Shown piece after piece: positions 21,294 through 31,085 of a DNA stretch of 64,000 bases. Made by a program: the position numbers and the translations under genes. The notes beneath the pieces are model-generated. The model worked only from the letters and a program-made list of their open reading frames with translations. It had not been told where the DNA came from and did not search any database. The number at the start of each line of letters is the position of its first letter. Within the stretch, counting starts at the first letter, position 1. This DNA comes from Candidatus Poribacteria bacterium (GTDB lineage Bacteria; Poribacteria; WGA-4E; PCPOR2b): NCBI GenBank assembly GCA_965116925.1, contig OZ220744.1:3648001-3712000 (forward strand), given 5' to 3'.

Positions 21294-24200
21294 TCAAAAT
21301 CTCCGTGACAGAAGCAAGATGGGGATGGGATTGCGTCCCTTCCGCAACGCACGCGCAATCTCAACCCCAAGGACAAAGGACGGATCGCCGATAAAGAGAG
21401 ATACTCCGACTCCAACCGATGTATTGAAACGATTGAACTTAAAGGTTTCGTCATTAAACCAAGCGTATCCTGTATCCGAGAAAGCCGTCACTACACCTAG
21501 AGGTCCCTCACTCTCATCCAAATACCTGATTTTCCCAAAATGAACCCGGTATTCCACATTGAAGAGGAGCGTATTATCCCCGACGAACTCCTTGAAATCG
21601 TAACCGTGCAAGGTGCCGATACCGCCTAGATAGAGTAGGCGTTGTCTGGGAAGGGGTCTATCAGAGAATGCACCTTCCAGACGAAAATCCAGATTGTGGT
21701 GACTTAGCAATTGGTTATAACGCACAATCGTAAAGTGATAGAGATTAAAATCGAAGTCGCTATTGAGCCTTTCGTTCGCATATTCAAGAGAGAAATTCCC
21801 CCGCCAACCGTGCTTGGCGCGGTAATTCTGCATTTGACGGGTCCCCCAAAGCAAGGATCCCGATCGGATCGGGGCCGGAGCCTTCAAGCTATTAAAATTA
21901 TATCCCACCGTTACGCTACGGAAATGTCCCTCGTCAATTCGCAGGTTACCCCGCTTTAGGACATCTTTATTAAACAGACTCCAATCGGTTGACTTAAATA
22001 GGATTTCGTGATCTTCATCGGTGAATTCCAGTGTGATGTTCATTGATCGCGTTAGTTTACCTCTTACTTGAGCACGATATCCCTTGCGCTGATAGTAATC
22101 TAGGGAGGTAGACCCCAGGAAGAAAGCACCAAGGAATTCGCCACCTTCAGACCATCCAGCATAGCGATTGGCATCAGTCTGCTGGTACACACGTCCGCCA
22201 ATAGCTAGGGCGTGGCGGTCGAACCAAGTCTTTTCAGCCCCTACTTGATAATTCCAAATTTCGCTCGACAGTCCATGGCTGACCTCTCCATAGATTTGCG
22301 CGTCTACCTCTCGGGTGGAAACCCCTGTACCTCCACCCAAAATTAAGCCGTGTACACGATTAAAGTCGAGGAATGGTTGCCAATTCACCTTGAGTCGTGA
22401 TTGCTCCTCAACCTCAATGGCAAGCACGTTCCGATCCGCTTCCCGTTTCACCTCCCAGCTTTTGATCCGCTTGAAGTAGAGGTTATTTTTATCGAGTTTG
22501 GTACGCATCTGATTGAGGCGCGTTGTGCCAATCTGTTTGCTATAAGCGTCGCCCTGCTTGAAACTGAGCGCGTCGGTCAACTCTGTGAGCGTAATTCGAC
22601 GATTTCCAGAAAAACGGATGTCGTCCAAATGCCCTTCGTCGATGTGAATCAACAGACGCGTACCGGAAAATTGGTGGGTGATTTGCACAAGGTCGTAACC
22701 GTGATGCCTATAAAGGTTTTCAATCAGTTGACATTTGGTATCCAGCCTTTCGATTGAGGTGCGTCCTTGCTTCAACCCGAATGCTGCACGCAGGAATGGA
22801 GATATAAAGTATCTGTTTCGGTGTATATTGAGGTGTTCCACAACGCCTGTTGGGGTTTCGGTTACACGGATACGCAGATTTATCTTGAAGATAGGGATTG
22901 GCGGCGGCCCATCGCTAAGATCCTCGACTTGCGGCGCAGCAGTGTCCGGTGGATCGGGCTCGCCTATGACAGACGATTCATTGGGCTTTTCAACCTCCTC
23001 TTTGACGGCGTTGCTTGTCTCTATGCGCACATCGCTAAACCAATCGAGTGCTTCAAATTCACGACTGAGCCATGACAATTCATCAACAGAAATGATGTCC
23101 CCCGGCTGGAAGGGGATTTTCTCAAGGAGTTCTGATGTTGGAATGTCGCTGTTACCCTCAATCTCAATGGCGGCGAGCGAAAACTGTTCTACAAATTCAA
23201 AGCCTTGTGCGGACTCCGAATTTTCTGGCTCTGCCAAACGTATGGTTCCCATCCGATCTGACCAATGGGGCCACCAAGGTTGAATTGTGTCATAAGTAGG
23301 TGACCAGTAGCTGTACTCAGTCGGTTTCAACGAGGATTCGGTGGGATCTCCCTGTACTTTGCGATGGAGGTTAAACCGCCAGTTTTTGAGTGATGAAGGT
23401 TCAAGTGCATCACGGGGCAGTGCAACCTCTACAGTCCAAAAAGTCGGAGTAATCTGCGTTTTAACTTGAGCACGAGAATCCCAATCAGGCTTTGCTATCC
23501 TTTTGTAAGCAGCTTTAAGGTCGGAATCCAGCGGATAATTCGCCTCGATGTGCTGATCGAAAACCGTACCAATCGGGCTGATAACGAAGTGGTGATAAGT
23601 TGGCGTTGCCGGATTCGGATCCACTAGAATCTCTAATGTGTCGTCAAGCCAAACCGTTGAATCTGGGTTAGTTTGCGTAATTTGAACCTGCTTCATCTGC
23701 GAATCATACATTCTAGCACCGATATAGAGGTATTGCTCATCCCACAGGAGAAACCCCTGTGTCGGTTCGTTTGCTGGTGTAATCGCGTCTGCCTGATAGA
23801 AGGGGGAAAGTGGTAACGACGTTGCCCAAGCTTCCTCGAACAGGTCGCCATCAATTACCGGCGGTGCCGACGCGCGGGGGACGTTAACCGTCGGGGGTGG
23901 ACTCAGATCGTCTTCAAAGTAAGGATCATCGACTTCTACCGCGCTATCGTCCGTTTCGGATTTAGTGGACACAGATTGAGCGGGTAAAATGGTGATTCCC
24001 TCGCTCGCGCTCATTTTAATCAAGGGACCGCCGCCGTTGATCCAGCCTTGGACAATATCTCCCACATAGGCGGTCTCAAGTTCCACTGGCAAGTCAATGG
24101 TAATCGCGCGTGGGTCGTCTTTCTCAATCCGTATCTCAAGATCCGCCGGGTAACTTTCTGGCAAACGCAACGAAATTGCCCCATCATGTGTCTCGAGAAT

Positions 24201-24977
24201 CATGTTTGCTGCAATCTCATCTAAAATCACGAGATCTATCGAACCGGATCGCGTTGCAAATATGTTGTTATCACCGGTCAGGAGAATCTTCCCGTAGATT
24301 CGCCCTTCTTGAACGCTGACTTGATACGCTCCCATCGCTTTGTCAAGATGGACATTGCCAATATTCGTTGTCAAAGCCACGCTGCCACGGATCCCGTGTA
24401 TCCGAATATCTCCGGATTCCGTCTGGATTTTGAGGGTTAGATCGGGCGGCGTTTCGATAAAGCAGTCCAGACGAGTCAGTTGGGCATCTGAATCGGAAGA
24501 TTCTGGCAGGCGTGGAGTCAGCAACAGGATATCGTCCTTCGTGGAAATTTCGAGTTGCACTGTATCGAGGTAGGTTTCGACAACTTCTTCATTGGCACCT
24601 GTCCCATGTTTTTCAAGCTTGACGGTGATTGCGTCTTTCGTTGTCACGTTCAGTTCTACACTCCCCGCGAAGGGCAATGTCAGTTCAAGTCCATAAACAT
24701 CGTCATAACTAATCTGTTGTTCGGAGGTCGAATGATACAGCGAGGGATCCACGGCAGCGGCAATTGGCGTACCTGCTTCTTCGGTTTCGTTGCCTCCATG
24801 CTCTAATAGGGGGGATTCAACTTTTGGTGGGCTAGTACGCACAGTTCCGTTTTGGGGGTCCGCAAAGCTGACCCCGATAGATTGGGACAGACGCTGCGCG
24901 TTCTCCGGCTCGGCGTTGATAACGCCACAGGGCAGGCAGATATAAAAGCTGAGAACAAGTTTTGCAATGGTACGCAT
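21294..24977 (-). CDS. Omp85/BamA-type outer-membrane protein with N-terminal DUF4097-like and CBM9-like domains and POTRA repeats
   Basis: Signal peptide; PPVIDGDLFEEAW...LLWDEQYLYIG...WRFN (CBM9-like); IEIEGN/IRFSGN POTRA; YLGGIGTLHGY barrel motif; terminal Phe. Confidence 0.75.
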   Translation of the reverse strand: MRTIAKLVLSFYICLPCGVINAEPENAQRLSQSIGVSFADPQNGTVRTSPPKVESPLLEHGGNETEEAGTPIAAAVDPSLYHSTSEQQISYDDVYGLELTLPFAGSVELNVTTKDAITVKLEKHGTGANEEVVETYLDTVQLEISTKDDILLLTPRLPESSDSDAQLTRLDCFIETPPDLTLKIQTESGDIRIHGIRGSVALTTNIGNVHLDKAMGAYQVSVQEGRIYGKILLTGDNNIFATRSGSIDLVILDEIAANMILETHDGAISLRLPESYPADLEIRIEKDDPRAITIDLPVELETAYVGDIVQGWINGGGPLIKMSASEGITILPAQSVSTKSETDDSAVEVDDPYFEDDLSPPPTVNVPRASAPPVIDGDLFEEAWATSLPLSPFYQADAITPANEPTQGFLLWDEQYLYIGARMYDSQMKQVQITQTNPDSTVWLDDTLEILVDPNPATPTYHHFVISPIGTVFDQHIEANYPLDSDLKAAYKRIAKPDWDSRAQVKTQITPTFWTVEVALPRDALEPSSLKNWRFNLHRKVQGDPTESSLKPTEYSYWSPTYDTIQPWWPHWSDRMGTIRLAEPENSESAQGFEFVEQFSLAAIEIEGNSDIPTSELLEKIPFQPGDIISVDELSWLSREFEALDWFSDVRIETSNAVKEEVEKPNESSVIGEPDPPDTAAPQVEDLSDGPPPIPIFKINLRIRVTETPTGVVEHLNIHRNRYFISPFLRAAFGLKQGRTSIERLDTKCQLIENLYRHHGYDLVQITHQFSGTRLLIHIDEGHLDDIRFSGNRRITLTELTDALSFKQGDAYSKQIGTTRLNQMRTKLDKNNLYFKRIKSWEVKREADRNVLAIEVEEQSRLKVNWQPFLDFNRVHGLILGGGTGVSTREVDAQIYGEVSHGLSSEIWNYQVGAEKTWFDRHALAIGGRVYQQTDANRYAGWSEGGEFLGAFFLGSTSLDYYQRKGYRAQVRGKLTRSMNITLEFTDEDHEILFKSTDWSLFNKDVLKRGNLRIDEGHFRSVTVGYNFNSLKAPAPIRSGSLLWGTRQMQNYRAKHGWRGNFSLEYANERLNSDFDFNLYHFTIVRYNQLLSHHNLDFRLEGAFSDRPLPRQRLLYLGGIGTLHGYDFKEFVGDNTLLFNVEYRVHFGKIRYLDESEGPLGVVTAFSDTGYAWFNDETFKFNRFNTSVGVGVSLFIGDPSFVLGVEIARALRKGRNPIPILLLSRRF

Positions 24978-25170
24978 CTCCGGAGCCACCTCAAGAGGAA
25001 CTGAAAGATTTCCAGAACAGTATCTGATAACGAAAAGTTTAGCAGATCTTCGGTTGCGCGTCAAACAGATCTTTTCGCTAATATTTTTTGTTTGTGTTTT
25101 CGGGGTAGGTGTAGTAACCTTTCTTCTGCTGATAGAAATTACCTAATTGGGACGAAAGGAATGGGATCCA

Positions 25171-26589
25171 ATGCGTCAAATCGAAGGACATCAACATCAA
25201 ACCGCTGAAGTCTACGACATCGGTTCACAACGCGAATTGTTTGTTGACCGCTATCTCATTGACAGTCTTGATGGTACAAGCCTCAAGCTGCATCACCCCC
25301 AGCCTGCGGGGGTGGCTATCCGGTACAATCAACCGTGGGAAGACCGTCTCGCTTTTTATACAACGGTTCTCAAAGACGGAGACATATATCGCATGTACTA
25401 CCGGGGGAGTCTCATGGGACAGAGACCACACCCGACCTGTTATGCGGAAAGCGGGGACGGCATCCACTGGACAAAACCGGATCTTGAGATCGTTGAACTC
25501 AACGGTTCAACAAAGAACAACGCGATTCTACGGCACAACGGTCAGTTTTGCCCGTTTGTTGACACACGTCCGGGTGTTCCCGAAGCCGAGCGATACAAGG
25601 CGAACGCCCGCGATCAGCGGCAACCGAGCAGTCTGGTGGGTTATACGTCCGCCGACGGTATTCGCTGGACGCGGGTGCGCGATGAACCCATTGTTCCGAT
25701 GGCTTTGGAAAACAACTTTGATTCTCAGAATGTAATGTTTTGGTCAGAGGTTGAGGGATGCTATGTCCTCTACGCCCGCCACATGGTCAGTGATGCTCGC
25801 ATTCGGTCAACAGCACGGGCAACATCAACGGATTTTCTCAACTGGACAGAACAGACCCCGATGACCTTCAGTGATACCGGCAGTGCAACCCCCTCGCAGC
25901 ATCTGTATACCAATCAAACGCACCCGTACTTTCGTGCACCTCATATCTACATTTCACTTCCTGGTCGCATCCACTTCAATAGACCTGCATTGACGGAAGA
26001 GCAAGCTGCCGAAGTCTGCCCGGACCCAGTCAGTAGCGGTGGGGCAGACATCTCGGATGGAGTACTGTTGACCACGCGGGCGGGCACAACGCATTACGAC
26101 TTTACGTTCAAGGAAAGCTTTATTCGTCCGGGAATCGGTTACACCAACTGGACATCACGGACAAACTATCCCGCGCTTGGGGTTGTACAGACCGGTCCGA
26201 CCGAGATGTCCCTGTATGTTCAGAGAGGTTATGACCAGCAGACAGCACACCTTGATCGCATGACGCTCCGAATTGACGGTTTTGCTTCGGTGAACGCGCC
26301 TTACACGGGCGGTGAAATGGTAACCAAGCCGTTTACGTTTTCTGGGAAGGAATTGGAGATTAATTATTCCACCAGTGCAGCTGGAAGTCTCCGCATTGAA
26401 GTTCAGGAGGCGAGTGGGGTGCCTGTTCAAGGCTATACCCTGGGTGAATGCCCAGAGATTATCGGTGATGAATTAGAACGAATCGTTTGTTGGGAGGGAG
26501 ACGGCGATATTAGTAAACTGGATGGGATCCCAATTCGCCTGCGTTTCACAATGAAGGACGCAGACCTGTTTTCATTACGCTTTCGTTAG
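25171..26589 (+). CDS. Hypothetical glycoside-hydrolase-like beta-propeller protein
   Basis: RELFVD, YAESGDGIHWTKP, FDSQN, LRIDGFAS, ADLFSLRF; paralogue of 5567. Confidence 0.7.
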   Translation: MRQIEGHQHQTAEVYDIGSQRELFVDRYLIDSLDGTSLKLHHPQPAGVAIRYNQPWEDRLAFYTTVLKDGDIYRMYYRGSLMGQRPHPTCYAESGDGIHWTKPDLEIVELNGSTKNNAILRHNGQFCPFVDTRPGVPEAERYKANARDQRQPSSLVGYTSADGIRWTRVRDEPIVPMALENNFDSQNVMFWSEVEGCYVLYARHMVSDARIRSTARATSTDFLNWTEQTPMTFSDTGSATPSQHLYTNQTHPYFRAPHIYISLPGRIHFNRPALTEEQAAEVCPDPVSSGGADISDGVLLTTRAGTTHYDFTFKESFIRPGIGYTNWTSRTNYPALGVVQTGPTEMSLYVQRGYDQQTAHLDRMTLRIDGFASVNAPYTGGEMVTKPFTFSGKELEINYSTSAAGSLRIEVQEASGVPVQGYTLGECPEIIGDELERIVCWEGDGDISKLDGIPIRLRFTMKDADLFSLRFR

Positions 26590-27881
26590 TGAGACGCTTC
26601 GCCAGAATGCACCCTATCTTTCAAGAACATAACGAGTGGCAGCGCAAATAGCATCACTGCCCCGTTTGCATAAAAGATGGCTTTCAGACCGTAGGTATCC
26701 CCGACGAAACCAGCAAGGTATGGCGCAGTCGCAGAAGCGATGAAACTCAGGGTATAGTGCAGCGCATAACCTCGGCTACGGAATTCCGCATTGAGCGTTG
26801 GGGCGGTTCCGACATAAATGACAGAGGAGGTTCCATTTAACATAAACCCAAACAGCGGCAGGAACAGCACAAGAATCCATCCTGAAGGTACTGAAGGCAG
26901 CGCAAAGCAGCCAAGTATCATCAATAACTCTGTCAGCAGAATGATTTTTTTGATGCCCAACTTCTGAATTGGCAGTCCGCACAACAGTTTCCCCAGAGCA
27001 CCGCCGAAAAACGTTAAGGACATTAACCCACCCACGGCACCCGCTTCAACACGGATCTTGATTAGAAATGCCAGAAACGTTGTAACAGCAGCCCGGATAC
27101 CGTTATCCAAAAGTCCGAGGATTGAGTAAATCGTAAACTGGGTCGGCTGTGCTATTCCCCACGCCTGAAACGTCCTCCACTTTGCACGACTACCTTTCTG
27201 TCCTTCCGCTTTCGGTGTAGTCTGTTTCCTTTTTGTACCGATATCTGATCGAAAAAAGAAGATATACAAAATAGAGGCTGCAAGCCCGATCGTTCCCAAC
27301 ACCGTGCAGCTTGCGCCCCAGCCAATCCTAATGACCAAGATGCCCGCTAAAGCGGGGAAAAGCACCTTTCCAACATCGCCAAAGAAGTTCAGCGTGCTGA
27401 TTGCCGGTCCCGCCTTTTCAGGGGGATAAACATTTGAGACAAGGGCAGTTCCCACCGGGTGATATACCCCACCACCTACCCCGGATAAAAAAATTAGGAT
27501 CAGTGCTAAGGGATAACTGAACGCCAGAATCAGCCCGATGTAACTCAAGCTGAACCATGTCGTGCCTATGCCGAGGATCAGAATGTCTCCGATTCGTTCA
27601 GCGAAAATCCCGGCGGGTATTTGGGTCGCGCTTATCGCTCCATGGCTTGCGGTTTTAAGAAAACCGGATTGGGCGTAGGTTAGATTCAGATCTACTGCGA
27701 TGAACGGAAGCAGGATAGATAGACTGGAGATGTAGCCATCGTTGATGATGTGAAGTACACTACACCACCCTAGATATTTCTTGGGTTTCGTTGAATTCGG
27801 AACGTTTACAGAATTGGGCGTTGAAATGATCGCCTCCTTTTTAACTTGAGATTTGTGTCGGAAAACGGCAGGAGTTTTCAT
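26586..27881 (-). CDS. MFS transporter
   Basis: About 12 hydrophobic helices; GIFAERIG loop; YHPVG. Confidence 0.88.
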   Translation of the reverse strand: MKTPAVFRHKSQVKKEAIISTPNSVNVPNSTKPKKYLGWCSVLHIINDGYISSLSILLPFIAVDLNLTYAQSGFLKTASHGAISATQIPAGIFAERIGDILILGIGTTWFSLSYIGLILAFSYPLALILIFLSGVGGGVYHPVGTALVSNVYPPEKAGPAISTLNFFGDVGKVLFPALAGILVIRIGWGASCTVLGTIGLAASILYIFFFRSDIGTKRKQTTPKAEGQKGSRAKWRTFQAWGIAQPTQFTIYSILGLLDNGIRAAVTTFLAFLIKIRVEAGAVGGLMSLTFFGGALGKLLCGLPIQKLGIKKIILLTELLMILGCFALPSVPSGWILVLFLPLFGFMLNGTSSVIYVGTAPTLNAEFRSRGYALHYTLSFIASATAPYLAGFVGDTYGLKAIFYANGAVMLFALPLVMFLKDRVHSGEASH

Positions 27882-27908
27882 GAGTTTCGTACTAGCGTCC
27901 GGCTGCTA

Positions 27909-29753
27909 CTAGGGTCGTCCGCTACGCAGTGGATTATCCGACGCGAAATGGGTTTTGTCTATCTGCGCTACCGGCAGCCATGAACGATATGGAGATCCAC
28001 CTTCGCCTGCGCTGCCGAAGTCACAAAGCCTCAGTTTGCAACCATCTGGAGCGGTATACTCCACACGCACAACGGTTGGCAGCGTATCCTTATTGCTTAT
28101 CAACCGCCCTTTGATCGCTGTGGCATCGAGCGCAGGAATCTCGTCGGGATCCATTGCGTTGAGTCTTCGATCATAGGTCAACAAAATGGGCCCCCGGTAG
28201 ATGGAAACCCTTCCGTCGCACTCTTTCTCACCGACCCAGTAATGGAGCGACATATCCAGTTCAAGCTCAATCTTATCCCCAGTGCTCCATTCCCTATCCA
28301 GTACGAGATAGGTCGCCGCGGACACCGATTTCACGCGCTCACCGTTCAATTTGACGCTCGTTTTGGAAGACCAGTAGGGAATGCGTAATTTCAGAACAAA
28401 CTGTGCGGGGTGTGAGGGCGAAACATTAATTATAATCTTCCCTGTACGGGGGTATTCCGTTTCCTGCGCCAACTCAACAGTTACCCCCGATGATAACCGA
28501 GTTTTCATGGTGGAAGGTCCATACCAATTAAGTATCAATCCACCTCTGCAGCCCAGCAATGCCCAATCGCTGACCATACCCAACCCGCGGGGACCGTTGA
28601 CACTACAGCAATTCAGTTCAGGACTGCCCTCCCGCGCTTGAAACACGATGTCATGGGCACTAGCACGACGTACACCGTCCATCGGTGTGTTATAAGTCAC
28701 CCACCGCCCGGTATGGGAATGCAGTCCGGTAACCGAGTTCAGGGTCGATAACTCGATCTCATCTGCGACGACGGAGTTTTCGGTCAGGCGTAACATCTCC
28801 ACGCTAGCAGCAATCCAAGCAATCGTGCAACAGGTTTCAATTGCCCCCTGATGATACGGATTTCCTTGTGCCTTCTCGCCGGATGAGAAACCACCGTTAT
28901 TGTGCCGGTCCAGCTTGACAATACTCCACCAGATCCTCTCAAAGGCTATTCGATAGTGATCATCCCCAGTGATCCAGTAGAGCTCTGCCATGCCCATAAT
29001 CGGATGCAGACTCTCCCATCTCGGCTTCGGCGTTTCGTAGAATTCCCGTCCAGCAAGCCCACTCCGAAGATAATCACCAGCGAGGGGACCATCGGGACCC
29101 TCTGCAGCGAATTCATCAACGATCTGAAGTGCCATGTCCAGATACCGTTTGGTCTTCGTTTTCCGGTGGAGGAGACAAAGGGTGTGGATGACTGCCAAGT
29201 TCATCTCTGTGCTACCGGTATCTACCAAGCGGTTACCTATATTCCCCAAAAACTGCTGGCAGATCAGGTCTGCGATTCTAATTGCGCTATTAAGTGCCTT
29301 TTTATCCCCGCTCTCCTCATGCCAGAGGATTAGCCCCAGCATAATATGGTAGTGTCCCCAAGCATCCCACGTATTTCCTCCTTTACCTCCGACGTTGGGT
29401 GCCTCACCTGTCAACTGACTCCCTTGGGGCCAAGGGCCCAGATAACCGTCTGTGTCCTGGAGTTGAACAAGCTGATTTACAAAGTCTCGGATAAAGGTTT
29501 TCAGGCTTGCATCTTGGGTGAGTCGGAGGATCTGCACGGCACTCGTCAGATATTTGCCGGCGAACTCACCTGCCCAAGGCACTATATCGCGGAGCGGCTG
29601 CCGATCCCGATCTCGGAAGATCTCCAACATCGCCGGATTTGCCAAAGGTGCCGCCTTCAACCACTGTTCCGTAACGCCGGTGAGATAATCGGCGAAGTAC
29701 CCCCCGAATGTATATCCGGTTTGAGGGATTCGGTTACATTTTGGGTGTTTCAT
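27909..29753 (-). CDS. GH127/GH146-like (DUF1680) glycoside hydrolase
   Basis: ETCC and NCC metal-cysteine motifs, QETEYP, LRIPYW, YRGPI. Confidence 0.85.
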   Translation of the reverse strand: MKHPKCNRIPQTGYTFGGYFADYLTGVTEQWLKAAPLANPAMLEIFRDRDRQPLRDIVPWAGEFAGKYLTSAVQILRLTQDASLKTFIRDFVNQLVQLQDTDGYLGPWPQGSQLTGEAPNVGGKGGNTWDAWGHYHIMLGLILWHEESGDKKALNSAIRIADLICQQFLGNIGNRLVDTGSTEMNLAVIHTLCLLHRKTKTKRYLDMALQIVDEFAAEGPDGPLAGDYLRSGLAGREFYETPKPRWESLHPIMGMAELYWITGDDHYRIAFERIWWSIVKLDRHNNGGFSSGEKAQGNPYHQGAIETCCTIAWIAASVEMLRLTENSVVADEIELSTLNSVTGLHSHTGRWVTYNTPMDGVRRASAHDIVFQAREGSPELNCCSVNGPRGLGMVSDWALLGCRGGLILNWYGPSTMKTRLSSGVTVELAQETEYPRTGKIIINVSPSHPAQFVLKLRIPYWSSKTSVKLNGERVKSVSAATYLVLDREWSTGDKIELELDMSLHYWVGEKECDGRVSIYRGPILLTYDRRLNAMDPDEIPALDATAIKGRLISNKDTLPTVVRVEYTAPDGCKLRLCDFGSAGEGGSPYRSWLPVAQIDKTHFASDNPLRSGRP

Positions 29754-29770
29754 CCTGTTTCTCCCTTATT

Positions 29771-29878
29771 TATGGTAGATTTTAGAATTAATGGGACACT
29801 CCAAATCGGCGCAGTTAGAAACAGCACCTACCAAACATGGGGAGCGAAAGTGTTTATTTATTTTTTGAATTCACTATA
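29771..29878. mobile_element. TA-flanked MITE copy
   Basis: Near-identical to 21166-21273. Confidence 0.78.
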
Positions 29879-29899
29879 GTTCATTTGTTCATTAGTCCA

Positions 29900-30133
29900 C
29901 TAGTACTCAGTCATATAAGTTTTGCATATCAACAAGGGGGTCGGGTGACCCGACCCCTACGAAGTATTATGAGTCTCTATCCATATAGACAATCATAATT
30001 TGCCTGACAGTGTACTAGTACTCAGTCATATAAGTTTTGCATATCAACAAGGGGGTCGGGTGACCCGACCCCTACGAAGTATTATGAGTCTCTATCCATA
30101 TAGACAATCATAATTTGCCTGACAGTGTACTAG
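29900..30133. mobile_element. Head-to-tail tandem of two 115-bp CTAG-anchored MITEs
   Basis: Two identical-looking units sharing CTAG at 30015-30018. Confidence 0.8.
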
Positions 30134-30179
30134 TTCATTAATGAACCAATGAACCAATATATTAATGAACCAACATAAG

Positions 30180-31049
30180 CTACTGCCAGTGTGAAGGAAT
30201 GATAATGTCCTCAAAGCCAAATTGATCGGCAATCCACTGTTCCTGAAACATCCCGTCCTTATAGGAGGAACGCTCGCTCTGCCGGACATCAGTTTCACCG
30301 GCTAACGCTTCTTCTAATGGTGCGACAGCATCTGGGTTTCCTAAAAGCAGTGTCCGCGCTCGCACGTTGGGGGCAAAGAAAATCGGATCGAAATAGGAAA
30401 GCGTCCGCTTGACCTGTGCCTCCTTCTCCGGATATAAACGGAGATAATCTTCAACCTCGTCCGGCACCTGATCGCCGGTGTTGTAAAAACTCCCAGGCGC
30501 AGCGACAACATGGGTCACTTCAGGTCGGAGCGCTGCTGTCAATAATGGCATACCCTCCTGCTTAATTGCTGCGAGGCGGGAGCGATCTACTTCCGGGCGT
30601 GTCAGCAGGTAGTCAACAGCCCGCAACCAATCCGCAACAAACCCACGAAAGATAGAGGTCTCTGGTGCATCAATGCCCTCGGTCATCATGCCGGGAAATA
30701 ATCCTGCATACGGTTTATCGGCATTGCGCTGTCCACGTCCAGCGGTTGAAAAAACGAGAAAGCGTCCACGTTTCTCGTTGGCGTCTCCCTGTGGCAGTGG
30801 ATCCGCAACGCTGCGATATGCTGGACCGAGCAGCAGGGTCGGAAATGGTCCGTCCCCATGCGGAATGCTTAAATAGCCGAACAATCGATAGGGTCCAATG
30901 CCGGTGAAACGTACCGTGTAACATTCGCAGAACTCCGTCGATCGAATCGGCAGATGTTCCTCTTCGGGGGCGATGGGAGTCGCTTCCAGTTCATGGCAGA
31001 CCTGCTGCCAATACGCATCAAAATCTTCGGGTCGAGATGTATTAGACAT
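30180..31049 (-). CDS. Acetylxylan esterase (CE7)-like protein lacking the GxSxG nucleophile
   Basis: RPEDFDAYW, RGQ, LSYFD present; the nucleophile elbow reads AAIKQEG. Confidence 0.75.
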   Translation of the reverse strand: MSNTSRPEDFDAYWQQVCHELEATPIAPEEEHLPIRSTEFCECYTVRFTGIGPYRLFGYLSIPHGDGPFPTLLLGPAYRSVADPLPQGDANEKRGRFLVFSTAGRGQRNADKPYAGLFPGMMTEGIDAPETSIFRGFVADWLRAVDYLLTRPEVDRSRLAAIKQEGMPLLTAALRPEVTHVVAAPGSFYNTGDQVPDEVEDYLRLYPEKEAQVKRTLSYFDPIFFAPNVRARTLLLGNPDAVAPLEEALAGETDVRQSERSSYKDGMFQEQWIADQFGFEDIIIPSHWQ

Positions 31050-31085
31050 AATGACTCCTGTAAAATGGGACTAATAAGGGATAAA

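Noticed and set aside
29900..30133. Tandem repeats here and at 3834-4182 as CRISPR arrays
   Set aside because: Units are 115-175 bp, directly abutting, with no unique spacers and no cas genes.
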